Assembly (NCBI RefSeq): GCF_024521635.1 | Contig: NW_026250429.1 | Span: 1-64,000 of the forward strand | DNA from: Tricharina praecox | Taxonomy: Eukaryota | DNA length: 64,000 nucleotides | Direction: 5' to 3' | Shown here: piece by piece, positions 49,255 to 63,100 of the stretch | How the letters are laid out: every line of letters starts with the position of its first letter | How positions within the stretch are numbered: position 1 is the first letter of the stretch | The notes under the pieces: model-generated | What the model saw: only the letters and a program-made list of their open reading frames with translations | The model's database searches: none | What the model was told of the DNA's origin: nothing | Made by a program: the position numbers and the translations under genes

Positions 49255-51494
49255 CTACTGCTCATCAAACTTTGCCGTGACTACGCCATAGCTAATTCCC
49301 TCATGCAGCATCTCAAACTTAATCACCTCATCCACAATCTTCATCGTCACGTCATAGTCGATAATATAGTACTGCTTCCCATCCGAACCCATCCGGACAT
49401 CGAAACTCGAGCACGGTACACTGGAAAGGTCGGAGTACATATAGCAGACCGTCGTGATCGCACTCGGATCTTGGAAATTGTAGTCCGGCGGAGTATCAAG
49501 ATCGCAGGAGACGAGGAAGTCCTCGAATACAAGTCTAGGTGAGAAACCGTTGCTCGGAACAGGGACCTTGCGTGTGTAGAGTTGGGTGACGAGGGCGGTC
49601 TGTGCAACAACCTCGTTGCGCCGGATGTACCAAGTGAGGTTACCTCCGACCTTCCAGAAACTGTGCCCCGGATCCCACTCCTTCCGTGCCTTCACGTCTG
49701 CCGCCATCGTGCCGGCGTACTGTTTGTGTGATAGGTACCCGTAACTCCGGCGGGAGAGGCGCTTGTGAACCATCGAGCCCTCGAGCCCTCGCTGGAGGGC
49801 TCCGCGGGCGATGGCTGACTGCGCGTTGACTGGCTGTAGAACCGGGATTTTTCCCCTACCCCCGAACCGCCCTTGCTTCAGTTTTTCGAGGAGGTATTGG
49901 GAGCAACCGGAACCGCCCACGAGGAGAATGGCCTACTCACGCCCCGTCACATAGGCGTCTCGAGGATGCATTTGATCGAGCTGAGCGGGCGAGAAACCGG
50001 GCGTCCGCCGAGCACTCGCTGCTCAACCGTACAAGCCACAATCAAGAAGGGGTAGGGGAGGGCCTACTGCGACGTGTTCCCCCTGATCTTGGACACCATT
50101 AACCTGCTGTTCGACCAGCTTCACTATGCGGTCGATAATTGGATTGAAGATTTGCTGCACGGCAGCCCTTCAAGGTGTCAGTAATCCCCGTGCAAGACCA
50201 CTTGGGGTGGAAGGTAGTTCGTACGTAGTCATGAAGTGGAAACCGTCTTCGACGCTGAGGGCGGGGTTGTCGGCTACACCTGGAACAGTGACCTCGAGCA
50301 TGTCTTCGTTGACATCATTCCCAAACTTGAGCTTCACCTTCTCTTCCCAGGTGCGCATCATTTCGGCTTTCGATCGGGGCTGCGAAGTGCATCGTTAGTG
50401 GAGTTTGGTGCGAGAGAACAAGAAGACGTACCTTCATCTTATCGATTACCTGGTCTCCGAGTAGACGAAGCATGTATTGTTCGAACCTCTCATCCAAGAA
50501 GACGGATCCACAGAGATCACCGGTACCACACACGCTCTCATCGGTGCGCAACGGATTCAACTCGGTAATCTTGTAGGAGATCACGTCAACTGTACTGGTT
50601 AGCTATCGTACGCCTCCATACGTCCGAGGGGATCCGACTCACCTGTTCCGCCACCCGCATCACAAATGATGAACGTATCCCCCAGTTTGAGATTATTCGG
50701 CTGCACAACCTTCAGCGTATACGCAGCAGCGGCCTCCGGCTCAGACACGAAGTTAAAATTGACTCGATGGCTTCCGTACCCGGCCCTCTCGGCCGCCTGA
50801 ATCATGAGGTTCCTGGCACTATCGCTCCAAATGGCGGGGACGGTGAGGATGTAGGTTATTTTACTGCTCTCAACCCATCCGAACTCGTACGACTGCTTGA
50901 TGGATGCCACGGCGAGCTCGCGAACGGCCTGAAGGAAGTCTGTGACAACCTGGACCGGAGTGAGGCTGAGATCGTTTAGTTAACCTGCTGTCTCCTGCGC
51001 GGGCGTAATAGTCAGTGCCGTAAAGCTGTGACTGCCGACGGAACTCGGCGAGCAATTGCCGGCGGGTCCCGGATTCGCCAGTTGCAGCTGGTGAAAGGTA
51101 GTTTCTAGTCCCGGTGCGCCGGCGCGGCGCGAAGCCGAGTTATTCATCTGCAAGAGGAGTTTGAACCATTGCATTGGCTTTGGGGCGGGGCGGATGTGCC
51201 TTGGCAGCGTCTCGTAGCCCCAGCATTTCGCGCGGGTCGCGGGGTTGGTGTAGTAAACGACGCTCGGGACTTGGTCGGCGCTGCTGCTGCCGGTGCTGCT
51301 GTGCGGCCAGGTTTGGACAAGCTTCACTTCGCCCGCCGAGGAGGAATGGGCAAAGGCGACCGACGTGAATCTATAGAGCGTGAGCGCGAGACGTGGACAG
51401 CCAATCAACACTCGCAGCCGGCCAAGGTGGGGTGGGGAGCGCACGTGGTGCCAAAGTCCACTCCGACGCAGAAGCCGCTGTTGCGGTGGGACAT
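49255..51494 (-). CDS. Fungal HSPA12-like Hsp70 (actin-like ATPase), multi-exon
   Basis: MSHRNSGFCVGVDFGTT|FTSVAFA; WFKLLL; ILTVPAIWSD; VSEPEAAA; ICDAGGGT|VDVISY; CGSVFLDERF; LLVGGSGCSQYL; AIARGA; RRSYG. Canonical introns separate the blocks. Confidence 0.93.
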
Positions 51495-53169
51495 GACGGC
51501 CGGCGTTTCGAAGAAACTGTACGTTGGCCATGGCAGTTGTTTTTGGGCACGATTCTGAGGATTGAACGGGGCGTGCGCGGCTGGAGGGGGGGTTAATGTG
51601 GTTTTGTGTTGGTGAATCGGTGGTGTAATGATGATTTGGAGTTGGCGCTGTTGCTGCACCTCAGCCCCCAGGGTATGTAGTATGCATCCAGTCGGGCGCT
51701 GGAACGTTTATCTGGATTATTAAGTTCCTCGCAGTCAGTGCCGCCGACTCGACCTCCGAGTCCCGTTACTTTAGATTCTCAGTACGACGAAACCCGCTTC
51801 GGTTGTCAATGCATTCCGCACGAAGATAGTCTCCATGAAACGTCAAATGAGATGTGAAGGCTCCGTTCCTTCGATGTTTCCTGCACGCGAATCAGGGGCG
51901 CCCAGCCCCCAGCCGCTGCAGATCCTTCCTGGGAATCATCCGTCCCGTCCGTCCGAGGCTGTGCCCCGGACGAGACGGAATTGGTCGCGCCCGAAATATC
52001 AAGGACTATAGGGCTCCAGGCAAGCCGGAGGACGACTGGGACCCATTCGGGCGCGGAAATGGTGGCGCAAGTAGTAGCCTTGGGCAGTGGTGCAGTGGCG
52101 CAGCAGGCAGAAATGAAGCTAAGGAGTTAGCAACACGGCGAGAATAAAGGAGTTGGTAATGGGTACTCCCGTATGCGATCAGATGCAAAACTTTCACCGG
52201 CCAACATTTTCAGGATAGCCGGCACCGTAAACTTAGTAGCCAGCCGCTTCTGCACTTAAACTTTCCGAGCCCCACGAGGCGCCACTCGGACCCCGGGCTT
52301 TTTGGACCTGGGACGGAGCCCGAAATGTCCGGCCAAATCCTTGCCCCAGACGGGAAGGCGCCGCCGGGCTCCAATAGTCTTCCGTCCGGACGGACTATTC
52401 CCAGGCCTGGAATGAATGAACAAAAATAATAACAATCGCGATTTCCAGGATCTTGAATTAGTCGATATTACGTATTGAGCATATCTTCCCTTCGAGACAA
52501 TTATAAAATCCAACTGCGTGACTGCTGTGGCGTTCTGCTGGTAGTTGCTCATCCAGAAGTGTGGCCCCCCTCGACATGTAAGTACTCCGTTTACAACGCC
52601 GAAGATTGAACTCCAGATTCTCTGAGGTTAAAAGAGCGTAACCATTACACAGTGGCCAGTACTGTTAGTATGAGGTGGCACTGGCAGCGAAGGTTCAGCA
52701 GACTCGATGGTCACGTATATTCAGCATACCTTCAAAGGTGAAATCAAATCGAATGAAAACTGCGCGTCTTCGAGGCTGAGTGTAAGAAATATGAAAGTGA
52801 CGTTTGCTTCGAAAAGTCGATTGCCTAAGAAAATCCAGTGCTAGTTCCGGACCGCCGAGGCTCCCCATCTATTTATTCGTCTCTCGTCCACCTTTCTCTT
52901 CCTGCATCTTCTCTCATCCTCATCTCACCTCTTCTCTCCGCCCTCCTTCTCTCAACATCTTCCTGCCACATGTCCCTACCCTATTTGGTAGCTTCTTCTT
53001 TTCCTAACTTCGATAATTATGCTCAACTACAATCAACTCCGAACCACAAAATCAGCAACCAACTTAGAAGTCGCAACAACCCCAGCCCCCCACCCCCCAG
53101 GGACGTCGATATTGCGGTGTCGCGCATCCGTGGCATCTTCTGCGAGGTTGCGGCGAAGAGGCGTAGACC

Positions 53170-54980
53170 GACGAAGATGGTCCTCCTTCACCCGCCCTCA
53201 ATGAACCTCAGTGCCACCGAGGCCATTGCCAACGAAAACCACGACCTCATCAACCGTCAGGTCACTGTCAAGCCCCTCCACCGCGCGCGCTCCCGAAAGT
53301 ACGATCACTACTACATCCCGCGTCTATTCCAGAATCCGCCGCTGACATAGCAAATCATCAACAGTATCGGCAACAAACGATGCCGATCCTTCAAGTTTTG
53401 AAGTCAGGGGTTGGAAGCTTCCCTTCAATCCTACGGATCTGTGTCCGTCACCATCAATGAAAGTGAAACATCGCCATCGTTCTTACTTCTAGCTGCCAAT
53501 AACTAATGGATTCGCAGAGAGCATCATCCATTACGGACGGTTGCTGCAGGAAAACTCGGTGTCCATTAGTAACGCAATAGCGTTTGATGATGTGGGTTAC
53601 TCACACACCTCTTTATTGTCACTTGTTATTCATTATACTGATTGGTGCTTAAGCTATCGATGAATCGATAACACCTCGGTCCCCCACAAGCATGACCTTG
53701 ATTCCAAGGCCCTCTGCGACGAGAGGATCCAAGCTCGGGAAGCAGAGACTTCCGAACCAACTCCTCCCAACAGCGGATCTTCCACTATTGGGCTTCCCGC
53801 GGGGAATATCAGCGATTGACTGTTATTCCCCGCAGGGATCCCCGCTAGAGCTACTGAGCCATCACACAGACTACTCCAGCTCCAAGCGGATGCGTTAACG
53901 CTCTGTGAAGACATCGCCGGAAGCAAGATTCGCCTGGAGCTGGTACAGCTTCGGCAGCAGGGATTGTCTCTCAATACGATCCGCGCGTTTGTCGGAAACG
54001 ATGCAACCGACAAGGGTCTTTCGAACCACGGATATCGAAAGCTTGCAGACCGTGACGCCAGCTCGCTTGAGTCCCCTGATTCCGATCAGGACTCACATCG
54101 CTCTGAATTCGAGGAATACAATCACGAGAACGCCGCCAATAGTCCTGACGGCTCAGGTGTCGGATCAGAAGACCATTAATGTCACCCCCGACCGGAAATC
54201 CCGGTCGCGATGTTGCCCATCGTGGATGTCTTTTCCGTGCGGCTAATGCCGCTCCGAACGGCATCATTACGGGGAGGACGAGCAGTGATGGAACGGCTGT
54301 CCCCATGGTTGTCGACCGGGGCAACCGGCGACGACTACGACGTGAGTTTTTTGTGTTGTTTGGGAAGTCCAACAACGGATGTTCCGTAGTTGGACTTCCC
54401 CAACGTCAGCGCTTTGCTGATGTTCCTCGCTCGCATCCATGAGATGCCTTCCGCCCGCGGTACTATCCGCATTGATCGAGGACACCTACATCAGCGGTTC
54501 GGAAATCGACAGTATCCGACGAGCGTGCGGAAACAAAAACAAAGCCAGGACATCTGGCCAACGGCCCGATCCACAATGACCCATGTCTCCGCTGGGTAAG
54601 GTTGGCATCTATGAGATGCCCTCTGCCCGCGGTACTATCCGCATTGATCGAAGACGCCTACATCAGTGGTTAAGAAATCGACAATATCCGACGAGCCTGC
54701 GGAAACAAACACACCAGGATATGTGGCCAAAGGCCCGATCCATAATGACCCATTTTTTGCCGGGTAGGGGGTTTTTCCAGCCTTTGGCTGGTTTCCTCGT
54801 TAACAAAAACAACATTGTCTCCTGGCTTCAACGCGAGGGGATGAGGTTGCTTACGGTTACTCACGGTCCCTGCACCGCGCGGGGCACGACGTGTATCCAT
54901 GGAGGCTTGAGGGCACGTATTAGGGGAGTAAATCATTCATTACGTACACTGTATGTAGTTAGAGCGATCCTTTGAAAACG
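53170..54980 (+). pseudogene. Intron-containing gene remnant with internal duplication of about 170 bp
   Basis: Several intron-like segments with CTGAC/CTAAT branch sites; 54439-54600 is repeated at 54611-54770 (EMPSARGTIRIDR twice); in-frame stops. Confidence 0.35.
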
Positions 54981-55377
54981 GGTCGTCAAGCGGGACGCCG
55001 AAAACAGCTGACTGCATCCCATCTCAATGACATGCTTCACCATCACGACGGAGAGCTTCAAGATCTGTACCTGCACTTAAATCAAAGACGTGGGGTGATA
55101 CAGAGCGAGTAACTCTTTTTCGATCGATTATTGGGTGTGCTCTGAATCGAGTGACTTCTTTTTGACGGATTACTGACCTTCACAGCTTGTCACCCGTTTT
55201 TGTTTCTCGCGAGGTGTTGTGAACATACGATGGGAGAGAGTATACTGAGATATTGGATGATGTTGATTGCTTAGCAAAATAGAAAGGAGCTTGGTACAAG
55301 ACGGGGGTATGGTGATAGCTATGGTGGTGCCAAGCCTGAAATGAGACAGTCTAGGCCAGAATATACAACACGAGGAG

Positions 55378-55581
55378 TGTCAAGAAAAGTGGTATTTTGA
55401 AGTAGTTAGTGTACAGTGTATCAGACACAGCAGAACGAGAGGCATCTGTAAAGGCAGGCGGGATGGCCTCGGATAGAGGCCGATCGCCACCTGCCGTGAG
55501 AACGGATAACGGAAGTCACTCGACATAGAGAGTGATCTCGCATGACGCGGTCCACGGAAGTTCGTGATAGGTATCATGACA
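55378..55581. mobile_element. Solo LTR family A (204 bp)
   Basis: TGTCA...TGACA ends, perfect TSD AGGAG. Confidence 0.93.
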
Positions 55582-55867
55582 AGGAGGATCGGTCACGTTT
55601 TTATTGTGGGCATGTTCATTGTAAGTTGTGTCCTATTTGATTACGCGCGGCGCAAAGTCTATAGGAATCGCGTCGATATTGACGTCCAAGTACATCAATG
55701 AATCTCGTATGATCATTAAGTACCGGACTTGTTCCCATGCTGCGAAGCCCTCTACGAGACCTCCCATAATCACCGAGTCTTATGAGTATGCAAAACCGTT
55801 ATTTGGTTGCCTATTTTGCAACAAGGGATACATGTTGTACAAATCCAACTCATTCCCCAGCTCCACT

Positions 55868-56824
55868 CTAAATCGGCTCCTTAGTGGGATCCCACGCAAC
55901 AGGCTCGTATTTTCCGGTCTGCAAAGTTTTGACCTCTTCGTCCGTCAGCTCGAAGTCGAACACATCGGCATTCTCCCTAATCCTCTCTTCGTGCACTGAT
56001 TTCGGCAGCGGCGTCCACCCCATCTGCAAGCTCCACCTGATCAACACCTGTGCCGAGGTCTTCCCATGTTTTTCCGCCAACCCCATCAACAGCGGATCGT
56101 CCATTCTCGTTGCCCTGACAACGGGCGAGTACGCCTGCACTGCCACCCCCTCTCGCGCGCACCAATCAACAATATCCGTCCGATCGAGCCACGGATGGAG
56201 CTCCCACTGGCCGACACTGAGCACGCCTCTATCCTGCTCACTCTGCTTTTCGCGCCATGCCTTCAGCTCGTCAAGATGCTGCACGCCATAGTTGGAGACG
56301 CCCAAACTCCTGATCTTGCCCTCCTTCTGGGCTTCGACCATGGCGCGCCACTGGCCGATCCGGTCCTCGGGGGTCCCGTACGGCGCGTGGATCAGGTACA
56401 GGTCGATATAGCCCTCTAGCTCGGCGTTCTCGGCGATGACGCCGTCGATCGACGCGGCAGTGCTCGCGTAGCCCCGCGTGCGCGGCGGAAGCTTCGTCGT
56501 GAAGAAGAGCTCGCTGCGGCTGAGGCTGGAGGCGGAGATCGCGAGCGTGCACGGCCGCTCGTTCCGGTAGGCGGTCGCGGAGTCGATGTGCCGGTACCCG
56601 GTGCGCAGGGCGAAGGCGACGATCGATTGGCAGGTGTTCGCGGGGCTGGCGGGAGGTTAGCGGAATCGTCTCGGGGAGTGGCGAGGGCGGCGGGGGAGCG
56701 GGGTCAACGTTTGGTAAACGCCCAGGCCGAGGCGTGGCATGCTGTGGCCACTGAGGAGACGGACGGTCGAGGTTATGGTCAGGCTTTGTGGCATTGCTGT
56801 TGCTGCGTCTGTGAGGTTGGGCAT
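55868..56824 (-). CDS. Aldo-keto reductase (AKR5/2,5-DKG reductase-like), one intron
   Basis: MPRLGLGVYQT|P...GYRHIDSATAYRNE...LFFTTKL...YIDLYLIHAPY...IRSLGVSNY...LPKSVHEERIRENADVFDFEL; the catalytic D/Y/K/H tetrad is present. The start may be 56794. Confidence 0.95.
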
Positions 56825-57708
56825 GGTGGAGTTGGAGGCTGAGCAGCGACGCAACTTGAGGTGTGGGTCTGTAGCGATGGGGATCGACGTGATACGATGT
56901 ACTAACTACTTCGGTCGTGGTTATGTGGGATGTTACGTCAAGGATGATGTATAGGCTAAGTCCGCAAGCGAGACGTGCGACTAGCGAGGACTAGTGCCCC
57001 GCCTCTCACGATGACGTGAAACCCGTCCGAATCTCGGTCACATACAGGTTGGATTCAACTTGTACCTTGAGCCTGTCGCCTGATTTATGGTCCAGGGCAC
57101 ATAGTGTGCTATAATGACCTCGCCCGCCGGGGGTGCTCTGTTCTTGTACAGCAGGTAGCAAAATTACGGGAAGAAATTGGTACCGTAGCAAAGCTCGGAT
57201 TCAAAACCACCTCGTCTTACTGCCGGGGGGCAGGGTGAATGAGGCAGAGAGTGATTTTTCATGGCAAATGTCTCTTGATAGACCAATGGCATCCAGAAGC
57301 CTCACACTCAGTTAGAACGGCACGCCGCCATGAGCTCGTCGATGATCTTCGCTTCGGGTCCCCCGCAGATAGGTAATGGCCGCACTAGGTCGCTGCGGGT
57401 ATCACCACAATCACCCGCGAGTGAAGAGAAAGAACGTGATAAAATTTGAAGAAAAAAGCCCGTATACACTTCCCATAACCATCCTCGCTAGCCGCGTCAC
57501 TTAAAAGAATGTTACGTACATAGTCGAGCACTACCTAGTAATCATCCTTTCCAACCGGAAACACTTCATAAAAGTAAGATGGAAGGAAAGAGATCGTAAC
57601 GATATATATATCCTAGACGCAATGGCACTATGCAAGCACGACCGAGAAGCCAGCATACCTAGGAAGTTTCCTAGGCGGGAGGAGCACTTCCTGTCCAATG
57701 TGGGCTAC

Positions 57709-58740
57709 TTAGGCATACGGCCGGAGGAACGCACACTCGAGGAGATCAGCGAACAGCTGCTGTTCGTCTATGTAATCCTCCGCATTTTTCCTTGGTGGCA
57801 GTTTGCGCCGTCGACGGCGGTCTCGAACCCCTTGATCATACTGTACATGATGTTGCTCGAGACTATATAGCAGCGAGACTTTTCGTCGTAGAGGTTCAGC
57901 CCACTGAGGTTCGCTTCGATATTCTGTCTAGTTTCGACGATGTATTGCTCGCGCGCTTCGGTAGGTGTAAGGTCTTCGTCGGTATCTAACATATTACGAA
58001 TGTGCTGGTTGGCTTTGGATCGAACGATGAAAACGGGAACGTCGAACTCGCGGCAGTTCGCAAGAATTTCGGCATCGATCTCCGTGAAACGCTGTGAAAA
58101 AAAGTTTAGAATTGAGTGGTGCAGCGCGGCGCGGGTAGCTTTACGGTATCGTATACCAGAATAATGAAGTCAAAGATGAACAGTCCTTGCGTGATGAAGT
58201 ACTTCCCCTGGGGTACGCCGGCAGTGCCTGCACCCGGGATATCGTACCATACAAATAGCTCGTATGGCATCCCCGGGCGACGATCGGAGTACCGTGTGAC
58301 CTCAGAAGTTGTTTCAACGATCCCCACCGGAGCTGTCCCCGGACTCTTCGCCTTAATGCCTCGAAAGGCGTTGATCAGTGAACTCTTCCCCGATCCAGCT
58401 GCAACGCAGATGACAAAATGAAAGCGATCGGTTCGATACTGTAGCTTGATTTTGGTGTCTTCGACATCTTACGCGACAACCTCGTCACCTGGCTTTAAGC
58501 CTTCGGGTTGTCGGTGGCAGGATTTCGCTTCGCCGATTCGCCGTGTGTCTTTGACTTCTGTGGGGCGGGGTCTGTCTTCGCCGACTCGCTGTCGGTCTTG
58601 TAGGTCCTCATGAACGGATTTTCTTGATCCGGGGGAGCTACGAAGCTACGAAAGATGGCCATCAAAACGTTGTCTGTGAGAACGAATGGGAACAGGAGAA
58701 TGCGACCGGGTGCCGTATCACGGTGCAGGTTTCCTATATT
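57709..58740 (-). pseudogene. Interferon-inducible GTPase (IIGP/IRG)-like gene, disabled
   Basis: LQYRTDRFHFVICVAAGSGKSSLINAFRG..APVGIVETT..WYDIPGAGT..YFITQGLFIFDFII|RFTEID..FIVRSKAN..YIVSS. In-frame TAA at about 58469, first P-loop Gly reads Val, and a frameshift precedes the terminal YIDEQQLFADLLECA. Confidence 0.85.
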
Positions 58741-60194
58741 AGTGAGCATGAGAAACAGTTTTCATCTATGCGCTCTCAGATAGCAAACATGTTGGACTGC
58801 CGCGGACAGCACGCCACACCAGATGGTTATATAACAGGAGTGGGAACTCACACATGTGCTCACGAAGGTCCCCCGCTGAGGAAGCTACGTTGCCCATTTC
58901 GAGTGAAGATTTTGGCAGTTGTCGGAGAAATCTGGCTGTGTTGACAGCGAGGATGATCGTGTAGGTAGAAGCTGCTGTCTAAGGGAGGACGATGATTATA
59001 TTGGATGAGAGACAGAGCAAGGTACTTATGCGGTAAAAGAGGGTTTCGCGAAGCTGCCCGCCTGCCTGGAACGACTGGCGACCGTGAGCTGAACTGCCAA
59101 TGGAGTCCCGTGAACAGGGATGTTCAGATACTGTTGCCTGTTGTCGGCGACCACAAGCTTCTAGAGTAGAGCAGCCGCGTATGATCGCTACGCCGGATTG
59201 GAAACTTTCTATTCCAACTTCGGAAACACGAGTGATTTCCATGATGAGGAATGTGCTTCGCCCTGACGCAATCCCGGCAACAACCAATCAGTCCGGCATC
59301 CTTTGCTCATTCCGTGCCTGTCCAGACGTAAGATCTACTCGTAATGGCAGAGTTGGTACACATGCTACGCATCAGCTGCACCGCAATCTCGCGAGGATGG
59401 ACTTTGCACAGCCATTTGGTGTGGCGGCGCTAATCGGGCGTCACTAGCCGACCTACACAACCTGTCGAAAGGCGTGTATTCGAGCTCGTGTCAACGTTCC
59501 GTCGCCCCTTGTCGCCACAGCTCGCCACAGCGCCTAAGAATGTACGCAGCGGCGCGCTTACCTCGACACTGGGGTAGGTACCTACTCTGCTCTCGCCACG
59601 GGAGTAACTGAAACTGGCTGGAGGTGTCGTCTCTCTCTCGATTCATGGCGTCGTATCTGCTAATTCGCGACCGGCAATGCGTGTGCCCAGAAACTTTCGT
59701 ACCGCAGCGGCTGGCGGCGATTCGTAACTTTAGCCCGGCAGTCACCGCGATCTCAACCGGCGCCCATCCGCGCTGCGCCCGTCTCCACGTATGATGTTCG
59801 CGTATGTGGAAGTCTCCACCGCAGCTCCATCGAGATCACGAGTCAAAAATCACAAACCAAAGTCCAGGGCGTGCAAGTCTCGACCGAGTTCTCGGGACGG
59901 CAGTCGCAGGTTCGACGGAGCGAACGCAAAACTTCAAACCCGAACCGAGAAAGTTGCCACGATGCACTGTCACACTCTGCAGCTCCCCGCTCGCAGCTTG
60001 CTCGTATGTCTTGTGAGGATTGCAAGTCTGAACCAATTTCCTTTAGCAGCGCACCTAATACTGCGGATAGTTAACTAGGTATACCTAGTACATCGGAAAC
60101 TCTGCTATGCTTGGGAGGAGAAAAGCACTAGCACTTCAGGCAGCGATGTTTCCGCCGGAATTGTGAACATTGATGCCGATTGTGCGTTTGTTGC

Positions 60195-63100
60195 GCACCT
60201 ATGGCGGGCATATTCAAGACTGAAAAGGTGCAGGGTGTGAACACACACCCTGGACCTAATCAGATCCTAATCAGCAAAGCCGCGCCCCACTCACATTTTA
60301 CTGTGCAGTACTGATAGATAATACAGAGTACTGAGCAGTACCTCTGACTTCCTGCTGCAAGGCAACCGTACTGTCTTATACCAGACACACAGTAGGGGCG
60401 GCTGGGGCGGCTGGGGCGGCTGGGACGGGCAGCAAGCTGGGGTTTGTACAGGGCCGTGATTGTAAGTAATGATCAGTACCGAGCGGTACCCCTATCGCCA
60501 TATCGCCAGGCACAGTATTGATGGGTACTGCCTGCGGCCGAGGCGGGCAGGAAGCTGAGGCTGGTACAGGGCGGTAATTGCCAGTAATGTTGAGTACCAA
60601 CCAACACCGCTATCGCCGCACCGCCGGGTGCAGTAATGACGAGTACTACCTGCGGCCGGGGCGGACAGGAAGCAGGGGATGATATAGATCTGCAATCGTC
60701 AATAATGCTCAGAAATGCTCAGTACCGAGCAGTACCAAGCAGTACCGCTATCGACGCACCACCGGTTGCAGTACTGGTGGGTACTGAATGCGGCTGGGCC
60801 GAGCAGGAAGATTGCAATGGTATAGATCTGTATCCATCGGTACTGCTCAGTACTTACTGGTACCGCTATCGCCGCACCGCTGAGAGCAGTACTGGTAGGT
60901 ACAGAATGCGGCCAGAGCGGGCAGGAAGCTGTGGGTGGTATAGGTCCGTAACCATCCGCACTGCTCGGTACTGACTGGTACTGCTATCACCACATTCCAG
61001 GACACAATACTGGTGAGTATAGGCCTGACCCTGAACTGTTACATACAGGTTGTGAGCATACTTCACCACCATTGCAGATACATCAGCTTAGTCAATATTG
61101 TCCGCCGGGAATGCAATATCCCGCCTTTCATGTTGGGAGGTGCTGCATTTGGAAAGAATATGATATCTACATGCAGCTTTCCATGTCCAGCGCTGAAAAT
61201 GATTGAAGTTTCCCGTCTCCAGCCATGACTACTCAGTATTTCGAGAGCAGCATTACAAGATACCCGGCCTTAGGAGGGTTCATCAGTTCTCAACCGGTTT
61301 TTTATGTTGAAATATCCGGTGAAGACTGGTACACATCAGTATCGGACTATACTTTACAGCATCCACCAACCAATCTTTATCCGTGTGGAGAGCACAATCT
61401 ATCTCGCACTCTCAGTCCTGGTAGGATGCGTCTCAGAAGTTGGTAGATGGTAGTTGTACCATTCCCAAAGCTCATATGAAAGTCTTGAGGCCATCACGCA
61501 AGTCTAGTTGGGGCTTCGAGATAATGGCCCGTATATCACCTACTTTGAATATACGATGAAGGTAAGTTGATGCCAAATATCCACCAGCAGAGAATGCTGC
61601 CTTCAAGACAGCACACGTGAACTAAATACCCCGTGTAAAACGTTGCTACGATCAGAGCACAACTTCGCTTCAAGTTGCTGCTCACGGTTAGAAGCTGTAC
61701 GCGCAGGTAAGATCCACAGTCGGGCATGTTTGACTGCACTGCTTGCTACTAATCAGTACTAAGCATCACACCGCGTTACCACCCACGAATGACCTTGCTC
61801 CATCTGGCCGCCGGAGGCAACCACCTGTACACGCGAGGCCACTGCGGACCCACATAGTGATAGCAGTATTACACGATGACATTACCCCTCCATATTCAGC
61901 AGTACTGCTGATTGCTGTACCGCTCATAGTGATATACTTCCCGCCTCCGATACAGCCAGCAGGGCTGTCAACCGTCCGTCCAGACTACAGTTCACTAGTG
62001 GACTATAGTCCCGTCCCGTCCCGTCTCGTCCCGGGAAGGCTTTCCAGAGGACTGATTGATTCCGTCCGGAGGATGAAATGCCCGGATACCCGCCAGGTAC
62101 CTGTAGGTACCTGATAGCACTAGCGTGCTATGCTGACTACTAGTTTGCGGAGTAGTATAGCGCGGTGGCTACCAACAGAATTTTTAGCCTTGCGAAGAAT
62201 TTTCGGCGTCGTCAAACAATCGAGCTCAGGGGATCGACACTGCTGGAAGTAGGAACGGGGATGGTGTGAAAGTTCCATATCGTGAGAGACGCTGCGAAAT
62301 GGAGCCGCACAGCCGCACAGCCGCACAGCCGCACAGCCACACATCCGCACACCTGCGCCACTGTGTGGCGCCACGCTGTGTGCATTATCCTAGTGTCGGA
62401 GTCAATTCCGGGCCCTGTAGGGTATCCGTCCTCATTTCTCCAGCCCGGAAGACTGTAGTCATTGGTCTCCTCAGCCCGACTAATTCCTTCCCGGGCCGGG
62501 CAACCTCAAAGACGGACGGGACGGACGGTTGACAGCTAGGACAGCCAGGACAGGGCCGTACTGGGCCTGCCGATACGGTGATAGCGGTACTGCTTAATAC
62601 TGCCGAGCACTCACCCTTCCGGAGTTTTACCGGTCACGATGTCCTGCCAACCGCGGTAACAGTCAGTACCACTCAGTACAGGGTCCGACGATGCGGCGAT
62701 AGCGGTAGCGCTCTGTACCGATCGGTACTGACCGTTCTGGAGCTGTACCGCCCATAGTATTATGTCTGCCGCCGCCACAGTCAGTACGGGTCAGTACTTG
62801 GCCCGCCGATGCGACGATAGCAGTACTGCCTACTACTGCTCAGTTCTGACCGTTCCGGAGCTGAACCGGCCAACATATCCTGCCATCTGCGGAAACAGTC
62901 AGTACGGGTCAGTACTGGGCCCGGCGATGCGGCGATAGCGGTACCGCTCGGTACTGGACATTACTGATCATTACTGGCGGTTGCGGAAGTATACCATCCC
63001 AAGGTGCGTGCCCGGCCCAGCCGCATGCAGTACTGGTGAGTACTGCTCCCAGCAATGCGGCGATAGCGGTACCGCTCGGTACTGAACACTACTGACGATG

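Noticed and set aside
55005..55035. ACTGCATCCC...CAATGACAT resembling the cassette tail motif
   Set aside because: No adjoining spacer or upstream motif recognised; may be chance.
56960..56995. Helitron-like 3' end (short hairpin then CTAGT)
   Set aside because: The hairpin is weak, single-copy and lies in the AKR promoter, with no matching 5' end.
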